Assembly: GCA_903840505.1 (NCBI GenBank)
Contig: CAIMGI010000187.1
Location: forward strand, 18,812 to 82,811
Source: an uncultured Bacteroidota bacterium
Lineage (GTDB): Bacteria; Bacteroidota; Bacteroidia; UBA4408
Reading direction: 5' to 3'
DNA: 64,000 bases
Shown: positions 1 to 10,207 of the stretch, piece after piece
Layout: each line of letters opens with the position of its first letter
Position numbering within the stretch: the stretch's first letter is position 1
Position numbers and translations under genes: made by a program
The notes under the pieces: model-generated
What the model was told of the DNA's origin: nothing
Seen by the model: the letters and a program-made list of their open reading frames with translations, nothing else
Databases searched by the model: none

Positions 1-1019
1 AATTGTTTGCAATTCCATTGAATCAAGTACATACCTATCGGGCATACCATAAAAAACACCCATTTTATAACATTTCAATGAATCGGAAGGAACGTTTAGC
101 AATACACATTCATAGGTGGTCATTTGTCGGTACATTCCTGATTGTTTCGGGTATTCAATAGCAAAGCCATTCTTCCCAACCTTGTAATTGAATATGTTTC
201 CTGTTGCTTGGTTTAAACTGTCGCATAAATGCTGGTCTAAGTCTACCGAATGAGGGTCAACGTATCTGTAATAGGGGAAATATTCTATATCGGGAATACT
301 TGCTATTACTCCTTTTGTTTTCCCGGTGGAAGTAAGTGTGTTTACAATATTGTCAATGTTTGTAGCAAAAGTAGAGGTTGTAGGAATTGTTTTGTTATAG
401 CCACCAAAACGGGCATATTCATATATGTCTTCCATTCCTAGCCACATAATTGAAAAAGTGTGCGCTGTATTATTTGCTTCGGTTAACAGATTCGCTACTC
501 CTAAATTTTTAGAAATACGATTATAATATACATTCTGAATGGCGACATTGCTAATATCGGTTGTTGTTACAAAGGGTACAGCATAATTTTTATTTGTGCC
601 AGCGGCAGCTTGTAAATAAGGGTTTGCATCGGATGCGCTCATCAATTTCTTTAAAGGAGAGAGACTTGTTACTCCTTCACAATCTGTTTTGTAGCCCAAG
701 TAGGATGCTGAAACATATACGCTTTCCCAAGGACGAGAATTTAACCCTAAGCCAATGTCATCGGGCATATATGGCTGTTCAAATGATTCTCCACCAAGTA
801 ATTTAAATTGTTCGGCAAGTAAATTGGCAATGCATTTTTCTTGTCCGCTTTTACTTAGTGCGCCATTTTGGTAGCCACATAAATAACCTCCACCTAAAGC
901 TACTGTTGTTGTAAAATCGGCTGAACCGGAAGAGGGTGTGGGGATATCAAGATTGGGATTACAGGAGTATGAAAAGAAAACTAGGAGTGTTACAAAAAAT
1001 ATTTTCGCAAAGTTTTTCA
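1..1019 (-). CDS. Hypothetical lipoprotein; only the N-terminal ~340 aa are in the window (C-terminus runs off the window start).
   Basis: My own reverse-strand translation from a GTG near 1019 gives VKNFAKIFFVTLLVFFSYSC, a signal peptide plus lipobox. The frame stays open to the window edge, and no competing long ORF exists on other frames. Function is unknown; an SGNH-like hydrolase is possible but not supported by clear motifs. Confidence 0.45.
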
Positions 1020-1032
1020 CTTTGTATTTCTT

Positions 1033-1296
1033 TTAGGAAATGGCTTCTTCGGTGATGCTGATGGCTTCAACCGATTTAATTTCTGGGACAGCGCGTCTAA
1101 CAGATTCTTCGATTCCCGCTTTTAAGGTCATTATGCTCATACTGCAAGAACGACAAGCACCGTGTAATTTTACTTTTACTATATAGTCATCCGTGATTTC
1201 AACCAAGGTCATATCGCCCCCATCAGCCTCTAAAAACGGCCTTAATTGGGCAATGGCATCCTCTACCTTTTGAATAATTATTTTGTCGGTAATCAC
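1033..1296 (-). CDS. NifU-like (Nfu-type) Fe-S cluster scaffold domain protein
   Basis: 87 aa with the CxxC motif (HGACRSC) and the typical NifU C-terminal domain pattern. It is adjacent to the Mrp/ApbC Fe-S carrier gene. Confidence 0.8.
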   Translation of the reverse strand: MITDKIIIQKVEDAIAQLRPFLEADGGDMTLVEITDDYIVKVKLHGACRSCSMSIMTLKAGIEESVRRAVPEIKSVEAISITEEAIS

Positions 1297-1336
1297 GTAT
1301 TGTTATTGTTGATAAAGTAAATGTAATAATTTAAAA

Positions 1337-2428
1337 CTAGGCCACTACTTGTTGAATTTCTTTTTCTGCATTTTTGATAGCGATTTGCTGAGCAACAGAA
1401 CTTGCTAATTCCTTAAATGCTTTTGATTGAGGTGTTCCTTCTTGCAGTACGGCAGGACGACCAACATCACCCGCTTCACAAATACTTTGTACCAAAGGAA
1501 TTTCACCCAGCAAAGGAACCTGAAGTTTTTCGGCTAAATTTTTTGCGCCATCTTTCCCAAAAATATAGTATTTATTATCCGGCAATTCAGCAGGAGTAAA
1601 ATAGGCCATATTTTCTACTATGCCTAAAATAGGAACATTGAACTGAGGCATTTGAAACATTGCTACTCCTTTTTGAGCATCTGCTAATGCAACTGCTTGA
1701 GGGGTGCTTACTACAATAACTCCTGTTAATGGAGCCAACTGCACCAATGACAAATGAATATCTCCTGTGCCCGGAGGAAGGTCAATTAATAAGTAATCCA
1801 ACTCTCCCCAGTCGGCATCTCTAAAAAGTTGATTCAGGGCTTTAGAGGCCATAGGTCCACGCCAAACAATTGCTTGCGATGTATCGGTAAAAAAACCAAT
1901 GGATAATAATTTAACACCATAGCTTTCAACCGGAATTAACAAACTTTGTTCACCTACTTTTTTAAGACCCGGTCTTTCATTAACAACATCAAACATAATT
2001 GGCATAGACGGACCGTATATATCCGCATCTACCAAGCCTACTTTTGCTCCTTGTAGTGCTAACGCCACTGCCAAATTAGAAGCAACGGTGGATTTGCCAA
2101 CGCCTCCTTTACCGGAAGCAATGGCAACAATGTTTTTAACCTGTGGAAGTACCGGACGATCGTCTCCTCTACGAGAAGTTACATCGGCAGTCATTGTTAC
2201 ATTTACTTGCGCTTCCTTGTCTACAAAATGAATGATTGCATTTTTACAAGCCTTATGAATCATTTCCTTCATTGGGCAGGCAGGTGTGGTTAAAACTACC
2301 GTGAAAGAAACATTTTTTTCATTCACCACTACGTCTTTTACCATACCCAAGGTAACAATGTCCTTCTTTAAATCAGGATCATCAACATTTTTTAATGCCT
2401 CTAAAACTTGTTCTTTTGTGATGCTCAT
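1337..2428 (-). CDS. mrp: Mrp/ApbC family Fe-S cluster carrier ATPase
   Basis: Deviant Walker A (SGKGGVGKST), a conserved CPxxE-type motif (TTPACPMKE) and a ParA/MinD-like fold signature. Length is 363 aa. Confidence 0.85.
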   Translation of the reverse strand: MSITKEQVLEALKNVDDPDLKKDIVTLGMVKDVVVNEKNVSFTVVLTTPACPMKEMIHKACKNAIIHFVDKEAQVNVTMTADVTSRRGDDRPVLPQVKNIVAIASGKGGVGKSTVASNLAVALALQGAKVGLVDADIYGPSMPIMFDVVNERPGLKKVGEQSLLIPVESYGVKLLSIGFFTDTSQAIVWRGPMASKALNQLFRDADWGELDYLLIDLPPGTGDIHLSLVQLAPLTGVIVVSTPQAVALADAQKGVAMFQMPQFNVPILGIVENMAYFTPAELPDNKYYIFGKDGAKNLAEKLQVPLLGEIPLVQSICEAGDVGRPAVLQEGTPQSKAFKELASSVAQQIAIKNAEKEIQQVVA

Positions 2429-2440
2429 TGCTATTTCGTC

Positions 2441-3238
2441 TTATTTTGTAAGTACATCATTTTTGTACTTTTCTGTTTTTGTAGCTTTTCCTTCTTTCGA
2501 AAACTCCTTCCAAGCGCCTTCTTTTTTATCCTTTACATATTGTCCTTGCAATTTTACTGTTTTGCCGTCTTCGAAAAACTCTCTGTAAAGGCCTTCCATC
2601 ATATTGTTTTTGTAGGTAGTTTCTGTTTCAAGCGAACCATCCTTGTAAAATGATTTTTGAACCCCTTCTAAATTGCCTAATTTGTAGGTGTATTCAATAG
2701 ATGGTTTTCCTTCCTCGTAATACCAAAAAGTAACACCGTCTCTTTTGTCATTAATGTAAAAAGATTCTTCTTGTAACTTATTCGATTGGTAATATACTTT
2801 TTTAGTACCATTCAATTTGCCGGCTTTATACATAGCCTCTTGCTCAACTTTACCACTGCTATTGAATCGCCTTAATTTGCCTTCCAATAAATCATTTTTA
2901 TAATATGCCTCTTTTGAAATATAGCCATTGTTTTTAATATCTAAGCTAATACCATCGCGTTTACCAAAAACAAATTCTTCAACGGACAGCAATGTTTTAT
3001 CTTCTTGGTACGATCGCCAAACGCCATTTTTAACATTGTTCAAATACCTTCCTTCAAAAGTAATTGAGCCTATTTTTTCTTTCCAGGGTCCGGTTTTCTG
3101 GCCATTTGCATCTTTGTTATTGTACAAAGAATCTTCTTTTGCTTGTTCCTTTGTTTTAGCCAATGGGGCTGCTTGTTGCGCTTGAGCAAACACAATAGAA
3201 CAACTAATAAGAATAATAGTTGAGAATAACTTTTTCAT
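2441..3238 (-). CDS. Secreted MORN-repeat protein (YwqK-like)
   Basis: N-terminal signal peptide, followed by repeated ~23-aa G-x-W/Y-x-x-Y-Y-x-N/DG-x-L units (for example EGKLRRFNSSGKV, EGLYREFFEDGK) typical of MORN/YwqK repeats. Confidence 0.6.
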   Translation of the reverse strand: MKKLFSTIILISCSIVFAQAQQAAPLAKTKEQAKEDSLYNNKDANGQKTGPWKEKIGSITFEGRYLNNVKNGVWRSYQEDKTLLSVEEFVFGKRDGISLDIKNNGYISKEAYYKNDLLEGKLRRFNSSGKVEQEAMYKAGKLNGTKKVYYQSNKLQEESFYINDKRDGVTFWYYEEGKPSIEYTYKLGNLEGVQKSFYKDGSLETETTYKNNMMEGLYREFFEDGKTVKLQGQYVKDKKEGAWKEFSKEGKATKTEKYKNDVLTK

Positions 3239-3330
3239 AATTTTTTGTATTTATTGTTTTTCTATTCGTGCGAATTTACGAATAAATAGCTGTTTTTTTA
3301 CGTTAATTTCTGTTAAGAAATGCAGGGCAA

Positions 3331-4380
3331 TTAAAACCACTTTTTTCTTTTAAAATAAATAACCAAACAAAGCATTACTGTTATCATAACAGCCCAAGTG
3401 CCAATATATCCCCACTTGGAATGCAGTTCGGGCATAAAGTCAAAGTTCATTCCATATACCCCGGCAATAAATGTTACAGGAATAAAAATGGTAGAAATGA
3501 TGGTAAGCACCTTCATTACTTCGTTCATTTTATTGCTCACACTCGATAAATAAATATCCATCATACCCGAAAGCAAATCTCGAAAAGTTTCTACTGTATC
3601 AATTACTCTTATGGTATGATCATGTACGTCACGAAGGTATACACTTGTTGAGTCATTAATTAAATCACTTTCACTTTTTTCAAGATTATTAATTAGCTCT
3701 CGCATAGGCCAAACAGCTTTTCGCAAAAAAATCATTTCGCGTTTTAAATGATGTAATTCATTGATGATTTTTCGAGAAGGTTCATTTGCTAATTCATCTT
3801 CCAATAATTCTATTTTGTCGCCAATTTTTTCAAGGACATCAAAATAACAATCTACAACTGCATCAATGAGCGCATAACACAAATAATCGGCTTTGCATTT
3901 TCTTATTCTCCCTTTATTTTGGCGAATTCTATTGCGAATAATATCAAAGGCATCTCCTCCGTGAGCTTCTTGAAATGAAATAACAGTATTGTCGTTTAAT
4001 AGGATAACACAAAGTTGCTCAGAGTGTATTTCATCATCATAATAAATCATTTTCATGATGGAGAATAGATAATCATCATAATCTTCAAACTTTGGACGTT
4101 GTGCTGTACTTACTATATCCTCTAAGGTTAGAGGGTGAATATTAAATAATTTCCCGATTTTTTCAACGGTCTCAATTTTATGAATGCCATCTACATTAAT
4201 CCATTTTACCATAGAAGGATTTACGTGAGCCATACACTCATCAATGCCAAAGAAATCTTTCTCAAAAAAATCTTTTTCATCGTACTCTATCAGTGTTATT
4301 TTTACTTGCTCGTCTCTCTCTTCGCCCGAATAAATCAATGTTCCCGGAGGTGCGCCTGTTTTATCGGTTATTGGTATCAT
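3331..4380 (-). CDS. corA: Magnesium/cobalt transporter CorA
   Basis: C-terminal GMNF motif (YGMNFDFMPEL) followed by two TM helices and a KRKKWF tail. The listed ORF starts at a TTG (4416) that overlaps rsmI, so an internal ATG (MIPITD..., 4380) was chosen. Confidence 0.85.
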   Translation of the reverse strand: MIPITDKTGAPPGTLIYSGEERDEQVKITLIEYDEKDFFEKDFFGIDECMAHVNPSMVKWINVDGIHKIETVEKIGKLFNIHPLTLEDIVSTAQRPKFEDYDDYLFSIMKMIYYDDEIHSEQLCVILLNDNTVISFQEAHGGDAFDIIRNRIRQNKGRIRKCKADYLCYALIDAVVDCYFDVLEKIGDKIELLEDELANEPSRKIINELHHLKREMIFLRKAVWPMRELINNLEKSESDLINDSTSVYLRDVHDHTIRVIDTVETFRDLLSGMMDIYLSSVSNKMNEVMKVLTIISTIFIPVTFIAGVYGMNFDFMPELHSKWGYIGTWAVMITVMLCLVIYFKRKKWF

Positions 4381-4393
4381 AGTGTTTATATAC

Positions 4394-5062
4394 TTAATTT
4401 TTCCCTTCAACAACAATTACAATTTCGCCCTTTATTTGTTTATCGCTGAAATAGGCATTGATTTCCTCTAAGCTCCCACGTTTTGTTTCTTCAAACATTT
4501 TTGTCAATTCCCTTGAAACACTTGCTCTTCTATCCGAACCAAATATAGCTATAAACTCGTTTAAGGCTTTTAATAATCGGTGTGGTGATTCATAAAAAAT
4601 CATAGTACAATCTACTTCTGCTAATGATTTTAGTTTTGTTTGCCTTCCTTTTTTTTGTGGTAAAAAGCCTTCAAAAATAAAGCGTTCACAAGGCAATCCC
4701 GAATTTACCAAAGCGGGAACAAAAGCCGTTGCACCGGGTAAACAATCTACTTCAATATCATTTTTTATACACTCACGAACCAATAAGAATCCCGGATCGG
4801 AAATGGCAGGTGTTCCCGCATCGCTTACCAGGGCAATCTTCTCGCCATTTTTAATTCGATCAACAATGGCAGCAACTGTTTTATGTTCGTTGTGTAAATG
4901 GTGTGCAATTAATTTTTTTTCTATTTGAAAATGACGCAATAAGTTCCCCGTTGTACGCGTATCTTCTGCCAATATAAGATCCACTTCTTTTAATATGCTT
5001 AGCGCTCTAAGCGTAATATCTTGAAGATTTCCAATGGGTGTTGGGATTACAAAAAGTTTCAA
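4394..5062 (-). CDS. rsmI: 16S rRNA (cytidine1402-2'-O)-methyltransferase RsmI
   Basis: The N-terminal LFVIPTPIGNLQDIT motif and the tetrapyrrole-methylase-like fold pattern fit RsmI. The start appears to be TTG. Confidence 0.85.
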   Translation of the reverse strand: MKLFVIPTPIGNLQDITLRALSILKEVDLILAEDTRTTGNLLRHFQIEKKLIAHHLHNEHKTVAAIVDRIKNGEKIALVSDAGTPAISDPGFLLVRECIKNDIEVDCLPGATAFVPALVNSGLPCERFIFEGFLPQKKGRQTKLKSLAEVDCTMIFYESPHRLLKALNEFIAIFGSDRRASVSRELTKMFEETKRGSLEEINAYFSDKQIKGEIVIVVEGKN

Positions 5063-5197
5063 TATGTCTTAATTGTTTTAAGTTATGCGCTAAGGTAAAA
5101 TTAATTTTATTCAATATGAACTAATATTCCCATACCGAACATTCTGCAGTTAAATGAGAAAAGTTTTTTATATTGCAGAAACATTTATCGTTTTTCA

Positions 5198-8100
5198 ATG
5201 AGATGTAAATTGCTTTTGTTCTTGTTTTTATTTTCTGTGAATAGTTATTCGCAGGAATATCAATTTCAAAATATTACCACCAAAGACGGCCTAGCGTCAA
5301 ATAATATCAATTGTATTTTCAAGGATTCAAAGGGGTTTATGTGGTTTGGTACCGGTGACGGAGGTGTTTCGAAATACGATGGAAAGGCATTCACAAATTA
5401 CAACACCGAATCTGGACTACCAAATAATGATGTGCGCTGTGTGTTTGAAGATAAAGAAGGTAAACTCTGGTTCGCAACCCATGGTGGTGGGGTGTCCATT
5501 TTTGATGGGAAAACATTTTCTTCCCTCGATGAAAAGTCAGGGCTTTCAAATAACAGAGTTTATGTTATTTCTCAAGACCCATCAGGAACAATGTGGTTTG
5601 GTACATGGGGTGGGGGACTTTGCAGTTATAATGGGAAGAAATTTACAACCTATTCAGAAAAAGAAGGAGGGCCACGGTTCGTTATAAGTATGTTTTTGGA
5701 TAAGAAGGGTAGACTTTGGGTTGGTAGCCATCTTGGAAAGTTAATTTGTATAATAAATGGGAAGTTTAAAATCTATGGCAAGGAAGACGGATTTAACGAG
5801 AATGCGGTTTGGGGCTTTGATGAGGACTCAAAAGGAAATATTTGGTTTACTTCATACGGCACGAATTTTGCCAAATACGATGGGGAAAAGTTTACATATA
5901 TAACAAATGAAGGTGGGGCATTATCTCGAGCCATTCCGATAAAAATAGATAGCCAAGATAATTTATGGATAGGGCATGCGGAAAAGGGGGGAGTGGAAAA
6001 ATGGAATGGAAAAACATTATTAAGATTGGGCTCCTCCAATGGCTTGCTAAATCCAACCAATTGGAGTTTATATATTGATAAATCAAATACAGTTTGGATT
6101 GGCTCTTCGGGAGGAGGCGTGTTTAAATTAAAATCGGAGTCGATTGTTCGTTATGGTTCTTTGCAAGGTTTAACAGACAATGTTGTTAATACAATTACCC
6201 AAGACAAAAATAATAAAATTTGGATCGGAACAGACACTGCGGGGCTTTTTTATCTTGAAAACAACACTTTTAAGTCATTACTCCCTCTGCAAAAAATTTC
6301 CAAAGCCCCTGTTGCTACCCTTTTGATGGATCGAAAAAGCACCTTGTGGATTGGCCTATTCGGACTTAATTATTCCAATCAAATAGGAGGCATCTTCACA
6401 TTCGATGGAAAAAAAATTAATATTGTTGATACAAACAACCTAAACAGCTCTTGTCATCCTATAGTAAGTTTCGAAGACTCGCATGGAAATATTTGGTTTG
6501 GAAACTGGTTGAGCGGAGGTGTAAATAAATGGGATGGAAAATCCTTTTTCGGTTTAAACAATAAAAAAATATATGGTCGTGATATTACCGCAATAAATGA
6601 AGATCGATACGGCAATATGTATTTCGCTACTCATGGAGCTATTCTTAAAATGGATAAAAACGACTCCGTTAAAGCTATTAAAAAAGAAGATGGGCTTGCT
6701 GATATTGAAACCTCTCAAATATTTCGGGATAAATATAATCTACTTTGGTTTTGTCATGCAAAAGGTGGCGGTATTTCGATACTTGATGTTGATAAAAAAA
6801 AGTGGCGGTATTTAACAACAAAAGAGGGATTACTTGACAATAAGGTGTTATCAGTTGTTGAAGATAAAAACGGGGATGTATGGATTGCGACAGGAAAAGG
6901 ACTGAATAAAATTATTCGACCATCAAAAGATAATTTTGTTTTCGAAAAGATTGACAATGGCACATCTCTTTCTGGCCAAGGGTGCATAAATTTATTTGTA
7001 GATAGAAATAATCAACTATATGTTGCTGCAGAAAATAATGGGCTTTACAAAATAAACATAAATAATTTACCACGAAATATGACCGCCCCAATATTAAGTA
7101 TAACAACAGTTTATTTAAATTACAAAAAAATAAATTGGCAAAAAGGAGATTCTTTGCAAAATGCAGGAATAACTTTTTCTACAAAAGTAAACAGCACAAT
7201 CCCAGAAAAAATTATTTTCAACTACGATCAAAATACCATTGGGTTTGATTTCGTTGGGATTGAACACTACTCTCCAGAAAAAGTTACTTACAGTTGGATA
7301 TTAGAAGGGTTGGAAATGAAATGGTCTCCATTTTCAAGTATCAATCATATTAATTACTCTAGCCTACCTTCCGGCAAGTATAATTTAAAAGTGGTTGCGA
7401 AAAATGAATTTGGTGTTATGGCTAAACCCCCACTTGAATATGAATTTACTATTGTTCCTCCGTTTTGGAAAACAAATTGGTTCTATGTTTTATGCGCATT
7501 AGTTTTTATTGCTGCTATTTTCTTTTTTATTAGAGCAAGGGAAACCAGTTTACGAAAGCAAAAACAATTTTTGGAGAAGAAGGTTAAAGAACGAACAAGC
7601 GATTTAATTGCCGCAAATGAGTCTATTAATATTCAGAAAACTGAACTTGAAGAAAAGAATAAAGAGGTGATGGATTCAATACACTACGCAAAAAGGCTTC
7701 AAGAAGCAATCCTTCCTTCTGTTAAAAAAGTGAATGAGCTATTACCTAATAGCTTTATCATTTATCAGCCCAAAGATATCATTGCAGGCGATTTTTATTG
7801 GATGGAAAAAACGGACGATTTAGTTTTGTTTGCGGCTGCTGATTGCACGGGACATGGTGTTCCTGGTGCATTGGTAAGTTTTGTTTGTAGCAATGCATTG
7901 CATAAAGCAACAATGGAAATGGGGGTTGTTGAGCCTGGAAAAATTTTAGATGCAGTGAGAGAATTTGTTATTGAACAGTTTTCGAAAAGCGAAAGTGATG
8001 TGAAAGATGGAATGGATATTTCTTTATGTTCCTTAAACACCAACACAAATGAACTAATTTGGGCTGGTGCAAACAATCCTTTGTGGATTATAAGAAACAA

Positions 8101-8413
8101 CGAAACAATAATTGAAGAATTTAAACCAAACAAACAGCCTGTTGGGAAATCTGAGAATGCTGTATTGTTTACCTCTCATAAAGTTCAATTGTACAAAGGC
8201 GATTCTTTATATATTTTCAGTGATGGTATTGTCGATCAATTTGGAGGAGAAAGTGGTAAAAAATATAAAAGCAGTAACCTAAAAAAATTATTGTGTAGTA
8301 TTTCCAATTCACCACTTGACAAGCAAAAGGAAATTATTGAAACCAATTTTTCGCAATGGAAAAAGGGATTTGATCAAACCGATGACGTTTGTTTTATAGG
8401 GATAAAAATTTAA
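5198..8413 (+). CDS. Beta-propeller sensor protein (two-component regulator propeller repeats + Y_Y_Y) with TM helix and C-terminal PP2C/SpoIIE serine phosphatase domain
   Basis: About 13 repeats of GL.SN.V..I.QD..G.LWFGT.GGG. A single TM helix (WFYVLCALVFIAAIFFFI) is followed by a coiled coil and then SpoIIE-like motifs (GDFYW...DCTGHGVPGAL...DG..DQ). Confidence 0.85.
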   Translation: MRCKLLLFLFLFSVNSYSQEYQFQNITTKDGLASNNINCIFKDSKGFMWFGTGDGGVSKYDGKAFTNYNTESGLPNNDVRCVFEDKEGKLWFATHGGGVSIFDGKTFSSLDEKSGLSNNRVYVISQDPSGTMWFGTWGGGLCSYNGKKFTTYSEKEGGPRFVISMFLDKKGRLWVGSHLGKLICIINGKFKIYGKEDGFNENAVWGFDEDSKGNIWFTSYGTNFAKYDGEKFTYITNEGGALSRAIPIKIDSQDNLWIGHAEKGGVEKWNGKTLLRLGSSNGLLNPTNWSLYIDKSNTVWIGSSGGGVFKLKSESIVRYGSLQGLTDNVVNTITQDKNNKIWIGTDTAGLFYLENNTFKSLLPLQKISKAPVATLLMDRKSTLWIGLFGLNYSNQIGGIFTFDGKKINIVDTNNLNSSCHPIVSFEDSHGNIWFGNWLSGGVNKWDGKSFFGLNNKKIYGRDITAINEDRYGNMYFATHGAILKMDKNDSVKAIKKEDGLADIETSQIFRDKYNLLWFCHAKGGGISILDVDKKKWRYLTTKEGLLDNKVLSVVEDKNGDVWIATGKGLNKIIRPSKDNFVFEKIDNGTSLSGQGCINLFVDRNNQLYVAAENNGLYKININNLPRNMTAPILSITTVYLNYKKINWQKGDSLQNAGITFSTKVNSTIPEKIIFNYDQNTIGFDFVGIEHYSPEKVTYSWILEGLEMKWSPFSSINHINYSSLPSGKYNLKVVAKNEFGVMAKPPLEYEFTIVPPFWKTNWFYVLCALVFIAAIFFFIRARETSLRKQKQFLEKKVKERTSDLIAANESINIQKTELEEKNKEVMDSIHYAKRLQEAILPSVKKVNELLPNSFIIYQPKDIIAGDFYWMEKTDDLVLFAAADCTGHGVPGALVSFVCSNALHKATMEMGVVEPGKILDAVREFVIEQFSKSESDVKDGMDISLCSLNTNTNELIWAGANNPLWIIRNNETIIEEFKPNKQPVGKSENAVLFTSHKVQLYKGDSLYIFSDGIVDQFGGESGKKYKSSNLKKLLCSISNSPLDKQKEIIETNFSQWKKGFDQTDDVCFIGIKI

Positions 8414-8458
8414 TACAAGTAATTAATTATAAAATCTTTTAAGCTGGTAAAAGAATAA

Positions 8459-8833
8459 TTATTCCTTCATTCCATTAGCAATCCAACATTCAATTAAGTT
8501 GATGGATGCCTTGTCTAATTGGTCTGATTGCGCTGGCATTTTCGGAAATCCTCTATGCCACTTTATGGTTCCCAATAATTCGCCTTTTTCTGCTGCTCTC
8601 CTAATATCAGCGGTAGTTAAAAAATTATAACCGGCATCTCCACCATAACCGTGACAGGAGACACAATTTTTGTCAAATATTGATTGAACAGCCGCAAACG
8701 TTAAACCAGAAGTGCTGCAATCCAACGGAGGCTTTACAATCGGAGCGACTTCTGTTTTGGCAGTTTCCTTTTTTGTCTTGCAAGCAGCAACTAACATCAG
8801 CGCAATTGTAATATAAAACAATCCTTTTCTCAT
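8459..8833 (-). CDS. Small lipoprotein with c-type cytochrome CxxCH motif
   Basis: Signal peptide plus lipobox (LVAAC), a single CVSCH haem-binding motif, and a length of 124 aa. Confidence 0.55.
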   Translation of the reverse strand: MRKGLFYITIALMLVAACKTKKETAKTEVAPIVKPPLDCSTSGLTFAAVQSIFDKNCVSCHGYGGDAGYNFLTTADIRRAAEKGELLGTIKWHRGFPKMPAQSDQLDKASINLIECWIANGMKE

Positions 8834-8859
8834 CTTTTATCTATTAGCTTCATTCGTTT

Positions 8860-10116
8860 TTATAATCCAAACACAATTTCATTCGGGTCTTTTCCACCGA
8901 ACAACATCTTGCTTGGGTTTTCCAACATTTCTTTTACTTTTACTAAAAAGCCAACAGATTCACGACCATCAATAATTCTATGGTCGTAGGATAATGCAAC
9001 ATACATCATTGGGCGAATTACAACTTCACCATTTATTGCAATAGGTCGCTCAACAACATTGTGCATTCCTAAAATGGCACTTTGTGGTGGATTAATGATG
9101 GGGGTGCTCATCATAGAGCCAAATACTCCTCCGTTGGTAATGGTAAATGTTCCACCGGTCATATCATCCAAGGTAATTTTATTTTCTCTGGCTTTTACTG
9201 CAAGGCTTTTTATTTCTGTCTCAATTTGTGTTAGGCTCATTTGTTCTGCGTTTCGCAATACTGGAACAACCAAGCCTTTAGGAGCACTTACTGCAATGCC
9301 TATATCAGCATATTTGTGGTACACAATTTCATCGCCATCAATCATTGCATTTACTGCCGGATATAAATTTAATGCCTCCGTAACTGCCTTAGTGAAGAAA
9401 CTCATAAAGCCCAATTTCACTTCGTACTTCTTTTCTATTGCTGGATTATACTTAGCGCGTAAATTATAAATCGCACTCATATCTACTTCATTAAAAGTAG
9501 TGAGCATTGCCGTTTCATTTTTTACTGCAACCAAACGTTGTGCTAATTTTTTACGTAAAGGAGTCATTTTTGTTCGCTCTTTATCTCTGCTTCCGCCCCA
9601 TCCGGAAGTAGAAGAACTATCAAAGCCATTTGATAAAGTATATAAAATATCACCCTTTGTAATTCTACCGTCTTTTCCACTTGCTACAACTTTGTTTGCC
9701 GAAATTTTATTTTCACCCATCAACTTTTTAGCTGCAGGTGAGGGCGTTCCATTTGCGTAATTAGTTTTTGCCCCGATAGCTATCGGGGGTTGGTTGTTAG
9801 TTGTTGGTTTGGCTTCTGCTTTAGCAGTAACAGCAACATCTTTTTTGGGTTCAGTCTTAGGTTTACTCTCCCCCTTTACAGATGTGTCGATGGAACAAAC
9901 AACTTGGCCAACCTTAACAGTATCGCCTTCTGCAGCCAGCGTTTTTATTGCTCCCGATTCTTCTGCATTGATGGTCAATGTAGCTTTGTCGGAATCTACT
10001 TCCGCAACTTCTTCATCTTTCTCTACATATTCTCCGTCCTTTTTTAACCAACGCGCAATTACTACTTCAGTAATTGATTCGCCAGGACTTGGTACTTTCA
10101 TTTCGATTATCGCCAT
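8860..10116 (-). CDS. sucB: Dihydrolipoyllysine-residue succinyltransferase (E2 of 2-oxoglutarate dehydrogenase)
   Basis: The protein has a lipoyl domain ([16 protein letters not shown]), an Ala/Pro/Lys-rich linker and a C-terminal catalytic domain (DHRIIDG). The start was moved to the ATG at MAIIEMKVP. Confidence 0.9.
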   Translation of the reverse strand: MAIIEMKVPSPGESITEVVIARWLKKDGEYVEKDEEVAEVDSDKATLTINAEESGAIKTLAAEGDTVKVGQVVCSIDTSVKGESKPKTEPKKDVAVTAKAEAKPTTNNQPPIAIGAKTNYANGTPSPAAKKLMGENKISANKVVASGKDGRITKGDILYTLSNGFDSSSTSGWGGSRDKERTKMTPLRKKLAQRLVAVKNETAMLTTFNEVDMSAIYNLRAKYNPAIEKKYEVKLGFMSFFTKAVTEALNLYPAVNAMIDGDEIVYHKYADIGIAVSAPKGLVVPVLRNAEQMSLTQIETEIKSLAVKARENKITLDDMTGGTFTITNGGVFGSMMSTPIINPPQSAILGMHNVVERPIAINGEVVIRPMMYVALSYDHRIIDGRESVGFLVKVKEMLENPSKMLFGGKDPNEIVFGL

Positions 10117-10207
10117 TTTATTTAGATATTGGATGTTGGATATTGGATAATTAGATTGGAGCAAGTCCAACATCTAATATCCAATTGCTAACATCGATTT
10201 TTACCAT

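Noticed and set aside
2286-2653. Plus-strand ORFs opposite mrp and the MORN gene
   Set aside because: They are antisense artefacts within well-supported genes.
4394-4416. Apparent 23-bp overlap between rsmI and corA
   Set aside because: The listed corA start is a TTG. Using the in-frame ATG at 4380 removes the overlap, so this is not a real gene overlap or frameshift.
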